A stretch of 55,766 nucleotides of DNA from an uncultured Planctomycetaceae bacterium. GTDB lineage: Bacteria; Planctomycetota; Planctomycetia; Pirellulales; PNKZ01. The position numbers and the translations under genes were made by a program. Below, one piece after another: positions 15,822 through 24,871 of the stretch (the stretch's first letter is position 1; every line of letters starts with the position of its first letter). The stretch covers positions 1 through 55,766 of the forward strand of contig CAYSUC010000001.1 of the NCBI GenBank assembly GCA_964433865.1. The letters are read 5' to 3'. The notes beneath the pieces were generated by a model. That model saw only the letters and a program-made list of their open reading frames with translations. It made no database searches and was not told the DNA's origin.

Positions 15822-17036
15822 TTACTCCGCGGCGAAGGCGTAGACGCACGTCTGTTTGTACGTGGCGCCGGGCTTAAGAACGACCGATGGAAAACTCGGC
15901 TGGTTCACCGAGTCGGGAAAGTGTTGCGTCTCCAGGCAGACGGCGCTCCGCGGCGCGTACGTCTTTCCCCCTTTGCCCGTCTGCCCATTGAGATGGTTCC
16001 CCGAGTAGAGTTGCACGCCGGGCTGGTTCGTGAACACGCTCAGCACGCGGCCGCTGGTCGGGTCCTTCAGCTTCGCCGCGAACGTGGCCTGCTCTTCGCG
16101 CTTGCTCAACACGAAGTTGTGGTCGTAGCCCGTCGTCGGCGTCGCCACCTGCTCGATCCGATCGCCGATCCGCGCGGGCTTGGTGAAGTCGAGCGGCGTT
16201 CCGGCGACCGGTTCGATCTTGCCCGTGGGAATCAGCGTCTCGTCGACCGGCGTGTAGTCCGCGGCCGACAGCGTCAGTTCATGATCGAGGGCCGTCGCGG
16301 CGCCCGCGCCGGCCAAGTTGAAGTAGCTGTGGTTCGTCAGGTTGATCGGCGTCGCCTTGTCGGTCGTCGCTTGGTACTCGATCCACAATGCATCCTGATC
16401 GGAAAGCGTGAACGTCACGCCGGCTTGCACCGTGCCCGGATAGCCTTCTTCGCCGTCGGGACTGACGACGCTGAACCGTACGCCGGCCAAGATGCTGTTG
16501 CCCCGCGCGGTGACGATCTTCTCGGCGGTCCAAATCAGTTTGTCGAAGCTTCGCAGTTTGCCGCCGTGCAAATGGTTCGGCTCGCTGTTGATTTCGAGTT
16601 GATAGGGCTGTCCGTCGAGCGTGAAGCGTCCTTTGGCGATGCGATTGCAGACCCGCCCCGTGGTGCATCCGAAATACTGATTCGCCGCCGACTCGTACCC
16701 GGCGACGTTGTCGAAACCCAACACGACGTCGGCCAGGTTGCCTTGCCGATCGGGCGCGAGAATTTCGGTGATCGTGGCGCCGCGGTTCATCACCTTCACC
16801 GTCACCTTGCTCCCCACCAGCGTGTAGGTTTCCACCGGTTGACCGTCGACGGTGGCGCCGAACGGGTGCGGGCCGGAGACTTCCGCGCCGCCGGCAGGCG
16901 CGCCGATCGAACAGGCCACGGGAATCATCAGCAACCAGCTTCGAAGGAACGTCGAACCTTGAGGGGGACGGACGGCACGGGCAGGCACGGGGTGGAACAT
17001 CGGGGGCGACTCCGGGGGCGAACTCTGCGGATGCAT
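15822..17036 (-). CDS. galM: aldose 1-epimerase (galactose mutarotase), exported
   Basis: Family blocks are GFDNVAGYESAANQYFGCTTGRVCNRIAKGRFTLDGQPYQLEINSEPNHLHGG and ..TNHSYFNL.. An N-terminal signal-like segment is FLRSWLLMIPVACSIGAPAGG. An alternative ATG is at 17000. Confidence 0.85.
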   Translation of the reverse strand: MHPQSSPPESPPMFHPVPARAVRPPQGSTFLRSWLLMIPVACSIGAPAGGAEVSGPHPFGATVDGQPVETYTLVGSKVTVKVMNRGATITEILAPDRQGNLADVVLGFDNVAGYESAANQYFGCTTGRVCNRIAKGRFTLDGQPYQLEINSEPNHLHGGKLRSFDKLIWTAEKIVTARGNSILAGVRFSVVSPDGEEGYPGTVQAGVTFTLSDQDALWIEYQATTDKATPINLTNHSYFNLAGAGAATALDHELTLSAADYTPVDETLIPTGKIEPVAGTPLDFTKPARIGDRIEQVATPTTGYDHNFVLSKREEQATFAAKLKDPTSGRVLSVFTNQPGVQLYSGNHLNGQTGKGGKTYAPRSAVCLETQHFPDSVNQPSFPSVVLKPGATYKQTCVYAFAAE

Positions 17037-17174
17037 CTACGATACCACACCCGCCGGCCCTAGGGGACCCGCGCGGGCGCCGCGCCCGCCGGCCCTGCGA
17101 CCTCGGTGGATGGCGACGTTCGGCGCACGAGTCGCCCGCGGGGTCGGCCGGGGGCTCCGCCGGCATTCGGCCTC

Positions 17175-17205
17175 GAACCGCTGGAACTCGGACCGCTGGA
17201 ACTCG
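17175..17205. repeat. tandem direct repeat, 2 x ~15 nt
   Basis: The copies read gaaccgctggaactcg / gaccgctggaactcg. The repeat lies about 140-170 nt upstream of the galM start. Confidence 0.6.
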
Positions 17206-17224
17206 ATCCGCCGTCGGCCCGGCC

Positions 17225-17890
17225 TTACGAGCGGAATCGAATCGCCGACGGCTGCGAACGGTCGAGAAACCATGGTCGAGACGGCCCCGGCTCGGCCGCC
17301 GACGGTGCGCGGCGCAGCGTCTCGGCGATCGAGACCAGGCTGCGTGTTCGGAACGCCTGAAAGATCCTACGGCGTCGCGCCTCGACGGTTCGCAGGGCGA
17401 TCGTCAGTTCGGCCGCGATCTTCTTATTGGCTTTGCCGGCAAGCATCAGCTCGAGCACGTGCCGATCGCCCGGCCGCAGACCGTCGAGAATCCGGCCGCA
17501 GTCGGCCTCGGCGGCGCGGCGGTCGGCCCACTCGTGGACCACGCAGCGGGCCCGCAGCAACACCGCTTCCCAACGACCGTTCTCGGCCGGCCAATCCAAC
17601 ACGTCGATCGCGCCGCAGCGGATGGCTTCGAGGGCCGGCCGCAGCCGAGGCCCCTCGGTCACGAACACGACCACGGTCGGCGCCGGCCGGCGTTCTCTGC
17701 GACCGAACCACTCGCATAGCTCGTCGACCGTCGCCGGCAGCGACGTCAAGATACAAACCGCGTCGCCGGTCGGTTCTTCAAGAACGGGCGGTGAATCAGG
17801 CGTCGGCCGTGCTTCGATTCCGATCGCCGCGCCGGCCGCGGCGGCGTCAGGCATCCACGGGGAAGCCGGTCCTTCAAAGCGGCAAATCAT
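17225..17890 (-). CDS. LuxR-family HTH regulator with degenerate receiver-like N-domain
   Basis: ATG 17890. The C-terminus, LRPGDRHVLELMLAGKANKKIAAELTIALRTVEARRRRIF, is a GerE/LuxR HTH. The receiver-like part reads VVVFVTEGP where the phospho-acceptor ..D..P normally sits. Confidence 0.65.
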   Translation of the reverse strand: MICRFEGPASPWMPDAAAAGAAIGIEARPTPDSPPVLEEPTGDAVCILTSLPATVDELCEWFGRRERRPAPTVVVFVTEGPRLRPALEAIRCGAIDVLDWPAENGRWEAVLLRARCVVHEWADRRAAEADCGRILDGLRPGDRHVLELMLAGKANKKIAAELTIALRTVEARRRRIFQAFRTRSLVSIAETLRRAPSAAEPGPSRPWFLDRSQPSAIRFRS

Positions 17891-18094
17891 GGTCCTTCGC
17901 TCAGAACGAGGCGATACGACCCCCCGTCTTTCCCCCCCGGAAGACGTCTCTTCGGCTCTATCGGCTGGCCGCCGTTCGCTTCGCGCGGCGTAGATCCGCC
18001 ATTTGCGCGCCGTTCCACCCCGACACTTTTCGCCCCGGCACCTTCTTAATAACGACGGCACTCGGCCCGGGGTGCGGTTCGACCGGGGCCGGCG

Positions 18095-18718
18095 TCACGC
18101 CGTCTCCGGGTCGACCTTGGCCAGCAACAGGGCCAAGTCGGAGATCGAGGTCGCGTTCAATTTCGTCATGATGGCGCTGCGGCGGCGGTCGACGGTCCGC
18201 ATGCTCAGATCGAGCCGCAGGGCGATGGCCTTGTTCGGCAGGCCCGCCACGATGAACTTCAGCACCGCTTTTTCATCGTCGGTCAGCAAGGCGTAACGAC
18301 GATGCGCGATCGTGCGTTCATGCCGAAGTTGACGACGATGCCGGGTCCGCGCGACCGCCTTTTCGACCGCCGTAGTCAGATCCTCGGGCGGATAAGGCTT
18401 CTCCAAAATCGTGACGGCGCCGGCCTCCATCAGCTGCACGGCCGTTCGAACGTCGGTATCGCCGGTGATGAACACCAACGCCACGTCGCTGTCCCGTTCG
18501 ATCAGGCGCCGTTGCAGCGTGGGGCCGTCGATCGTCGGCAGATGCAGATCGGAGACGACGGCGTCGGTTCGCTGCTCGTCGAAATCGGCGAGCAAGTCGC
18601 CGCCGTCGGCATACGCCTTCACCCGATAGCCCGCCCCTTCGAGCGCCGTCGCAATCGCGGAGCGTATTTCGTCGTGATCTTCGATCACGCAAATCGTCGG
18701 TAGCTCGATGAAGTCCAT
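18095..18718 (-). CDS. FixJ/NarL-type response regulator (REC + LuxR HTH)
   Basis: The REC domain reads ICVIEDHDEIRSAI..AVVSDLHLPTIDG..VFITGDTD..LEKP. The HTH reads LTDDEKAVLKFIVAGLPNKAIALRLDLSMRTVDRRRSAIMTKL. An alternative ATG is at 18739. Confidence 0.85.
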   Translation of the reverse strand: MDFIELPTICVIEDHDEIRSAIATALEGAGYRVKAYADGGDLLADFDEQRTDAVVSDLHLPTIDGPTLQRRLIERDSDVALVFITGDTDVRTAVQLMEAGAVTILEKPYPPEDLTTAVEKAVARTRHRRQLRHERTIAHRRYALLTDDEKAVLKFIVAGLPNKAIALRLDLSMRTVDRRRSAIMTKLNATSISDLALLLAKVDPETA

Positions 18719-18968
18719 TCGCCCATTAGGATCGACCATTCGGCGAAAAGAGTGCCGGCGTTTTCGCGCAATCCGCACGGCACTTGCCTTCCACGATCAA
18801 TCGTTTCCGTAAGAACATGCGGGTTCGGCGGAATGCCCCACATCTGGAAATCTAGTAGGCCGGCCTGGAACGGCCAGTGCGCAAGCGTGTCGCACCGGGT
18901 GCTCGGGGGGAACCGCCGGCCTCGCTCCGGTGGAGCTTTCGGTCCTGCCGGAATTTCCGATCTGATCG

Positions 18969-19271
18969 CTACGGGGCGTCCGGTTCGATCGGCGTAGCAC
19001 CCGCCGGGGGCGTTCCCCCGCCCGCGCGAATGTAGGCGGCTCGAGCTTGGCCGTAGGCCGCGGCGTCGAGGTCGGTCTCGGTCGTGGGCGTGGTCGACCG
19101 CGTCGCCTCGAACAGGCGTTCCAGGTACCGACGACACCAGCCGCAGCCGGTTCCCGCACCGAAGCACTCGCTCATCTGCGCGGGCCGCCGCGGCTTTTCC
19201 ACGCGCAGGAAACTAAGCAGCTTCCGCTTCGTCACATGGAAACACAGGCACACTTCGTCGTCGAGTTGCAT
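18969..19271 (-). CDS. BFD-like [2Fe-2S]-binding domain protein
   Basis: ATG 19271. The Cys pattern is VCLCFHVTKRKL ... CFGAGTGCGWC (C-x-C ... C-x2-C), as in bacterioferritin-associated ferredoxin-like domains. Confidence 0.6.
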   Translation of the reverse strand: MQLDDEVCLCFHVTKRKLLSFLRVEKPRRPAQMSECFGAGTGCGWCRRYLERLFEATRSTTPTTETDLDAAAYGQARAAYIRAGGGTPPAGATPIEPDAP

Positions 19272-19366
19272 GGCGGAATCGCGAGCGGCGACCGGAGCGA
19301 AAGGGCAAGGAACTTCTATCTTAACGCGAGGGCGAATCTCCTGCGCAATCGCATTTGCAACCACCA

Positions 19367-19512
19367 GGGAGGGCGAGGCTCCGGCCGAGCCTCATTTAGC
19401 CGCGGGGCTTGCCCCGCGGGTTCGTCGTCTCCTACGCCGGCCTCCGATCGGGGAGAGCGATACTCCGGCCGAGCCGAACGTGGGCGCGGCTCAGCAGGAG
19501 CCTCGCCCTCCC
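19367..19512. repeat. REP-A composite palindromic element (long copy)
   Basis: The outer arms are gggagggcgaggctcc ... ggagcctcgccctccc. There are two internal ctccggccgagcc cores (19379, 19463) and the inner palindrome gccgcggggcttgccccgcggg. It lies between two minus-strand genes. Confidence 0.7.
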
Positions 19513-19518
19513 GAAATT

Positions 19519-21426
19519 TTACAGATCGCTGAGTTCGCGCGGCGGGCGGGCGGCGCGCAGCGCGTTGGCGATCGCCAACACGTCGATCGCCTCTTGCGCC
19601 ACCGCTCCGGCGACCGGCGGCAGGTAGCCGAGGGCCGCGGCGATCATCCCCACGACGCTCAGCGCCATGCCGCCGACGGCGCTTTGCAAGGCGATGCGAC
19701 GCATGCGGCCGCTGATGTGCAGCAGCTCGTCGACCTTGCCGAGCGACGTATCCATCACCACGACGCCCGCCGCTTCGCTCGTGACGTCGCTTTGCCGACC
19801 GAAGGCGATGCCGACCGTCGCCGCCAGCAGGGCCGGAGCGTCGTTGATGCCGTCTCCCAAAAACAACGTGTTCGCCTCGGCCGTTTCGCGGCGAACCAGG
19901 TTCACCTTGTCTTCCGGACTCTGATCCGCATACACGTCGGCGATGCCCACGCGCTCGGCCAGGTACCGTACCTCGCTCGGCCGATCGCCCGAGACCAGCA
20001 TCAACTTCTTGAACAGATGGTTCGTGCCGAGGTGGCCGATGAACCGCGGGCTGTCGCGGCGCGGCTCGTCGCGGAAATAGAACGTCGCCGCCGGACGATC
20101 GTCGACCGTGACGACGCATTCCAACCCGGGCTGTTGCGGCGGCAACCGGTCGGCAAGCGCCGGATCTTCGCGGGCGAGAATCTTACGACTAGTGACGTGC
20201 AGACGACGGTTCTCGACGACGCCGCGGAGTCCGTCGCCGGGACGTTCGGAAAGTTCGGTCGCTTCGGCCGAGGTCGCGCCGCGCTCGTCGGCCGCCGACG
20301 TCAGGGCCCGCGCCAGCGGATGCTTCGAGTAGCGTTCCAAGCTCGCGGTCCAGCGCAGCACGTCGTCCTCGGCATGGCCGTCGAGCGATACGATCTCGGT
20401 CAGCCGCGGTTCGCCGTAGGTCAGCGTCCCCGTTTTGTCGAAGATCATCGTGCGGCAGGTGTCGATCTGTTCGAGCACCGCCGGATTGCGGACGATGATG
20501 CCGCGCTGCGCCGCCAGGGATACGCTGCCCAAGATGACGATGGGAATGGCCAGCAGCAGCGGACAAGGAGTGGCCACGACCAGCACCGCCAGAAACCGCA
20601 GCGGGTCGCCGGAGACCCACCACGCGACGAGTCCCAGCAGTACGGCCGGCGGAGTGTACCAAGCCCCCAGCACGTCGCCCAATCGTCGCAGCCGGGGGCG
20701 GCGCTGTTCGCTTTCGTGCATCACCCGCATGATCTGCGCGTAGCGCGAATCGACGGCTCGGCGGTCGGCGCAGATCGTCAGCGCCGTCTCGCCGTTGATC
20801 GAACCGGAGAGCACCGCGGCTCCGGGAGCTTTCGACATCCGGTAGGGCTCGCCCGTCAGATACGATTCGTCCATCGAACCGTGCCCCGTGACCACGGTGC
20901 CGTCGACCGGGCAACTCTCGTGCGGATGGACGACCAGCAGATCGCCGACACCGACGGATTCCAGCGCCACGTCGATCGTGCCGCCGTCCTGCTTGCGATG
21001 GGCGACGTTGGGCATCCGCCGGGCGAGAGCTTCCAGCACGCGCGAAGCGCTGCGGACGGCGTACGACTCCAGGGCTTCGCCGCCCGACAGCATCAGCACC
21101 ACGATCGACCCGGCCAGGTATTCGCCCAGCAAGACGCTGGTGACGATCGACAGCCCGGCCAGCAGATCGGAACCGAACTCGCCGCGGCGCAGTCGCAACG
21201 TCAGTTCGACGAGCAGCGGCAGTCCGCCGAGCAACATCACGGCGTACAGCGGCCGGTCGGCCACGTGCGGCGCGACGGCGAGCCCGTAGCGCAGCGCCAG
21301 ATGCAGGGCGATGCCGCAGGCCGCCGCCGCGGCGATGATCAAGGTCCGGCGACGGACGAGGAAGCGGGCCGCGCGCAAAACGGTGGGAATCACGGGACCT
21401 CGACCGGCGATCGTCGGGCGGCGCAC
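19519..21426 (-). CDS. heavy-metal-translocating P1B-type ATPase without N-terminal metal-binding domain
   Basis: P-type motifs present: [12 protein letters not shown] (DKTGT), [10 protein letters not shown] and SGEP. The transmembrane metal motif is [12 protein letters not shown] (a TPC/PCP variant of CPx). The protein is 635 aa and starts directly with TM helices. The start is GTG 21426. Confidence 0.85.
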   Translation of the reverse strand: MRRPTIAGRGPVIPTVLRAARFLVRRRTLIIAAAAACGIALHLALRYGLAVAPHVADRPLYAVMLLGGLPLLVELTLRLRRGEFGSDLLAGLSIVTSVLLGEYLAGSIVVLMLSGGEALESYAVRSASRVLEALARRMPNVAHRKQDGGTIDVALESVGVGDLLVVHPHESCPVDGTVVTGHGSMDESYLTGEPYRMSKAPGAAVLSGSINGETALTICADRRAVDSRYAQIMRVMHESEQRRPRLRRLGDVLGAWYTPPAVLLGLVAWWVSGDPLRFLAVLVVATPCPLLLAIPIVILGSVSLAAQRGIIVRNPAVLEQIDTCRTMIFDKTGTLTYGEPRLTEIVSLDGHAEDDVLRWTASLERYSKHPLARALTSAADERGATSAEATELSERPGDGLRGVVENRRLHVTSRKILAREDPALADRLPPQQPGLECVVTVDDRPAATFYFRDEPRRDSPRFIGHLGTNHLFKKLMLVSGDRPSEVRYLAERVGIADVYADQSPEDKVNLVRRETAEANTLFLGDGINDAPALLAATVGIAFGRQSDVTSEAAGVVVMDTSLGKVDELLHISGRMRRIALQSAVGGMALSVVGMIAAALGYLPPVAGAVAQEAIDVLAIANALRAARPPRELSDL

Positions 21427-21637
21427 GAAGACCGAACGTCGGTCTCCGCCGCAAGCCGTGCGGCATTCTTCGCCGGCCGAGGCCTTTTGAATAGCGACGA
21501 ACGAACGTTTTGGGCAAGCAAAGTGCCGAATTCGAGGCGCCGCCCCGCGACCGCAAGCCGATGCCGACCGCCGGCACCCCGGGGCCGACGACGGCGCAAG
21601 CCGGCGACGCCGCGCGACGACGTTCTCGAAACCGGAT

Positions 21638-22831
21638 CTAACGCCGGGCTCGGGCGTGCTTCAGCGGCAGCCAGGCGCCGGCCTGCTTGCTGCTCTCCAC
21701 GCATTGCTGGATGAAGTACATCCCTTCGACGCCGTCGTGAACGTTCGGATACACGGTGTCGACCGCGGCGAACTTCTTACCCTCGGCTCGTTCGATCATG
21801 GCATCGTAGGCGAAGCGGTAGACGTTGGCGAAGGCCTCGAAGAACGCCTCGGGATGACCTGCTGGGAGACGGCAACTGGCGCCGGCCAGCGGCGTCATGT
21901 AGGGGCCGCCGTTGCGGGTGTAAATCTGATGAGGTTCGCCGTTCTTGCGGACGACCAGCCGATTCGGCTCTTCCTGGCGCCACTCGATCGCCCCCTTCGT
22001 GCCGTCGACCTCGATGAACAGATCGTTCTCGCGACCGTGACTGATTTGCGACGCCGTGACGGTTCCCAACGCACCGTTCTCCATCCGCACGACGGCGTGG
22101 CCGTAGTCGTCCAACTTGCGACCTTCGGCGAAGATCTTCAGGTGGCAACTGACGGTGTCGGGCAGCAGGCCGGTCATATAGCGCGCCAGATTGTAGGCGT
22201 GCGTGCCGATGTCGCCGAAGCAACCGGCCGCGCCGCTCTTCGACGGATCGGTTCGCCAGGCGGCCTGCTTCTGATCGCTCGATTCGAGCCGCGTGCGCAG
22301 CCAGCCTTGGATGTAGTTCGAGCGGAAGGCGTTGATCTCGCCCAACTCGCCGCCGAGGATCATCTCGCGTGCTTGGCGCACCAGCGGGTAGCCCGTGTAG
22401 TTGTGCGAGACGGCGAAGACGACGCCGGCCCGATCGACGGCGGCCGCGAGGTCCTCGGCCTGCTTCAAGTCGAAGGTCATCGGCTTGTCGCAGACGACGT
22501 TGAAGCCGGCCTCGACCGCGGCCTTGGCGATCGCGAAGTGCGTGTGGTTCGGCGTGGCGACGGAAACGAAATCGATCCGGCGATCGGCAGGCAGCTTCAG
22601 TTCGCCGGCGATGAGTTCCTGGTACGAGCCGTAGGCCCGTTCGGGGGCGATGTCGTAATCGGCGGCCGAGGCCTTGGCTTTGACCGGGTCGCTGGAGAGA
22701 GCGCCTGCGACGAGGGCCGCGCGGTTATCGAGCACGGCGGCCGTGCAATGCACGCGACCGATGAACGCTCCTTGTCCTCCACCCACCAGGGCCATGCGAA
22801 GCTTGCGATCGAGCGAACCGTTGACGGCCAT
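21638..22831 (-). CDS. Gfo/Idh/MocA family NAD(P)-dependent oxidoreductase
   Basis: ATG 22831 gives [28 protein letters not shown], a Rossmann N-terminus. ..VCDKP.. and a typical C-terminal alpha/beta domain are present. Confidence 0.8.
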   Translation of the reverse strand: MAVNGSLDRKLRMALVGGGQGAFIGRVHCTAAVLDNRAALVAGALSSDPVKAKASAADYDIAPERAYGSYQELIAGELKLPADRRIDFVSVATPNHTHFAIAKAAVEAGFNVVCDKPMTFDLKQAEDLAAAVDRAGVVFAVSHNYTGYPLVRQAREMILGGELGEINAFRSNYIQGWLRTRLESSDQKQAAWRTDPSKSGAAGCFGDIGTHAYNLARYMTGLLPDTVSCHLKIFAEGRKLDDYGHAVVRMENGALGTVTASQISHGRENDLFIEVDGTKGAIEWRQEEPNRLVVRKNGEPHQIYTRNGGPYMTPLAGASCRLPAGHPEAFFEAFANVYRFAYDAMIERAEGKKFAAVDTVYPNVHDGVEGMYFIQQCVESSKQAGAWLPLKHARARR

Positions 22832-23088
22832 GCGTGGTACGACTCCCGAGAACGTGAGACGGATGAAAGACCGGGGACCGGCCGAGTTTCTCGTTGTAGC
22901 ATCCCCCCGGTCGAACTCAAGCGGCCGCACCGTCGGCTCGCCCGGCCTCGCCGATCGGTCGCGGCTCGGGCCCACGGCCGGTCGCCGCAGGCCGTTTCTC
23001 GCACCCTGCGGCGCTGTTCACCAGCGCAAAAAGCGGTACGATGATCCCTAGCGCTTCGCAACCCGAACGGATCAGGAGCAAGACGACG

Positions 23089-23592
23089 ATGATGAAGCAG
23101 AAACTGGTGTGGCTGGCCGCGGGCGTGGCGGTCGGCTTGGTCGCCGGGGGTTTCTTGCCCCACGCCCCGTTGCACGCCGTGGCCACCGATCGTCAAGATA
23201 ACTTCGCGATCTGCACCTGCCCGCTCGACGGCGATCAGGAAGCGGTCGTGTTCCTCGACTTCCTCACCGGCGACCTGACGGCCACGGCCTACAACGTCGC
23301 CGTGCCGCAACCGGTCGTCGGCGTCGTCTACAGTCGCAACATCCTGACCGACCTCGGCGTCGACGCTACGAAGAGTCCGAAGTTCCTCATGGTTTCGGGG
23401 CTGCTGCAAATGCGCCCGCAAGGCCAGCTTCAGTTCGGTGCGTCGGTCGTGTACGTCGCCGAGATCACGAGCGGCAAGGTCGCCGCCTATGCCATGCCGT
23501 ATAATAAGGGACGTCTGAATCAGTCGACCGGCGCCGTCGGCCAGTTTCAATTGTTGCACGTCGGGCCGTTCCGTCAGAACGTCGTTCGCTAA
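23089..23592 (+). CDS. hypothetical protein with N-terminal signal anchor
   Basis: The ATGATG at 23089 follows caggag. The product starts MMKQKLVWLAAGVAVGLVAGGF. No family recognised. Confidence 0.6.
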   Translation: MMKQKLVWLAAGVAVGLVAGGFLPHAPLHAVATDRQDNFAICTCPLDGDQEAVVFLDFLTGDLTATAYNVAVPQPVVGVVYSRNILTDLGVDATKSPKFLMVSGLLQMRPQGQLQFGASVVYVAEITSGKVAAYAMPYNKGRLNQSTGAVGQFQLLHVGPFRQNVVR

Positions 23593-23622
23593 CGTCGCCC
23601 CAGCTCGTTCGACCGTCGCCGT

Positions 23623-23664
23623 CTGCCGTCGGCGGAACCGTCCGTCGACGGCAGCGTTGTTTTC
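23623..23664 (+). terminator. putative intrinsic terminator
   Basis: A 9-bp perfect stem ctgccgtcg / cgacggcag (23623-23631 and 23646-23654) is followed by cgttgttttc. Confidence 0.45.
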
Positions 23665-23686
23665 GTCGTCTCCGGTGCCGTACTCC

Positions 23687-23899
23687 GTGACCGAATTCAT
23701 CCGCATCGTCTGCAACGGCGAAGAGCGCCGCATCGCCGCCGGGGCGACGGCGGCCGACTTGCTGGCCGAACTGCGCTTGGAGCCGAAGCACGTCGCCGTC
23801 GAGTTGAATCTGCGCCTGGTGCCGCGAGCCCGCCACGCCGCCGAGCCTCTGGCCGAGGGAGATCGAGTGGAAATCGTCACGCTCGTGGGAGGAGGATGA
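23687..23899 (+). CDS. thiS: sulfur-carrier protein ThiS
   Basis: The product reads ..[43 protein letters not shown]...[13 protein letters not shown], ending in the C-terminal Gly-Gly. The GTG 23687 start is preferred because the track TTG 23657 lies inside the terminator T-run. The stop overlaps the thiG ATG (ATGA). Confidence 0.75.
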   Translation: MTEFIRIVCNGEERRIAAGATAADLLAELRLEPKHVAVELNLRLVPRARHAAEPLAEGDRVEIVTLVGGG

Positions 23900-24765
23900 C
23901 CTTGGACCCCGCCGTTGCGCCGTCGACCGAGACCCTTGCCGCAGCCGCCGAGCCGTTGCGGATCGGCACGCATACGCTTCGCAGCCGGCTGATCGTCGGC
24001 ACCGGAAAATACTCGTCGTACGGGCTGATGGCCGAGTGTCTGGAACTGTCCGGCACCGACTGCATCACGGTCGCCGTGCGCCGCGAACGTTTGATCGACG
24101 CCGAGGGGCGCAACATCCTCGACTTTATCGACTCGCGCCGTTATACGCTGTTGCCGAACACCGCCGGTTGCTTCACCGCCGACGATGCGGTCCGTACGGC
24201 CCGGCTGGGACGCGAGATCCTGCTCGGCCTGGAGAATCCGGGGGCCGACTGGGTGAAACTCGAGGTGCTCGGCGACACGAAAACGTTGCTGCCCGATCCG
24301 ATCGCCACGGTCGCAGCGACCGAGCGTCTCGTGGCCGAAGGGTTTCAGGTACTCTGCTACACGACCGACGATCCGATCACGGCGCGGCGTTTGAAGCAGG
24401 CCGGCGCGGCCAGCGTCATGCCCGCGGGAAGTCCGATCGGCTCGGGCCAAGGGATCTTGAATCCGAACAACATCCGAATTTGTTTGGAGTATCTGAAGGA
24501 CGGCGATCCGGATTATCCGGTGATCGTCGATGCCGGCGTGGGGACGGCCGGCGACGTCGCCTATGCGATGGAACTGGGCGTCGACGGCGTGCTGCTGAAC
24601 ACGGCCGTGGCCCACGCCCGCGATCCGCGCCTGATGGCCCGCGCCATGCGCGCCGGCACCGAGGCCGGACGTTGGGCGTATCTGGCCGGACGCATCCCGC
24701 GCAAGTTGTACGCCACGGCGAGCAGTCCGACCGAAGGCCTCGTCTCGCCGGCCGAACCCCGCTGA
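23896..24765 (+). CDS. thiG: thiazole synthase ThiG
   Basis: Family blocks are [39 protein letters not shown] and [32 protein letters not shown]. Confidence 0.9.
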   Translation: MTLDPAVAPSTETLAAAAEPLRIGTHTLRSRLIVGTGKYSSYGLMAECLELSGTDCITVAVRRERLIDAEGRNILDFIDSRRYTLLPNTAGCFTADDAVRTARLGREILLGLENPGADWVKLEVLGDTKTLLPDPIATVAATERLVAEGFQVLCYTTDDPITARRLKQAGAASVMPAGSPIGSGQGILNPNNIRICLEYLKDGDPDYPVIVDAGVGTAGDVAYAMELGVDGVLLNTAVAHARDPRLMARAMRAGTEAGRWAYLAGRIPRKLYATASSPTEGLVSPAEPR

Positions 24766-24871
24766 CGACGCCGCAGGGTCGCCGCGTCCGACGCCCGCGC
24801 GGTCGCCGTCGGTCGAAGGTTTCCGCTGCCGAAGTTCCGCGCTTCGCTTATCGCTTGCCGACTTTTCGCCG

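Noticed and set aside
23593-23686. A possible TPP (THI-box) riboswitch upstream of thiS-thiG.
   Set aside because: I could not find the conserved CUGAGA / ACCUGAUCUGGAUAAUGCCAGCG-type elements. The only structure is a 9-bp hairpin plus a T-run, which fits a terminator of the upstream gene better. An Rfam scan would settle it.
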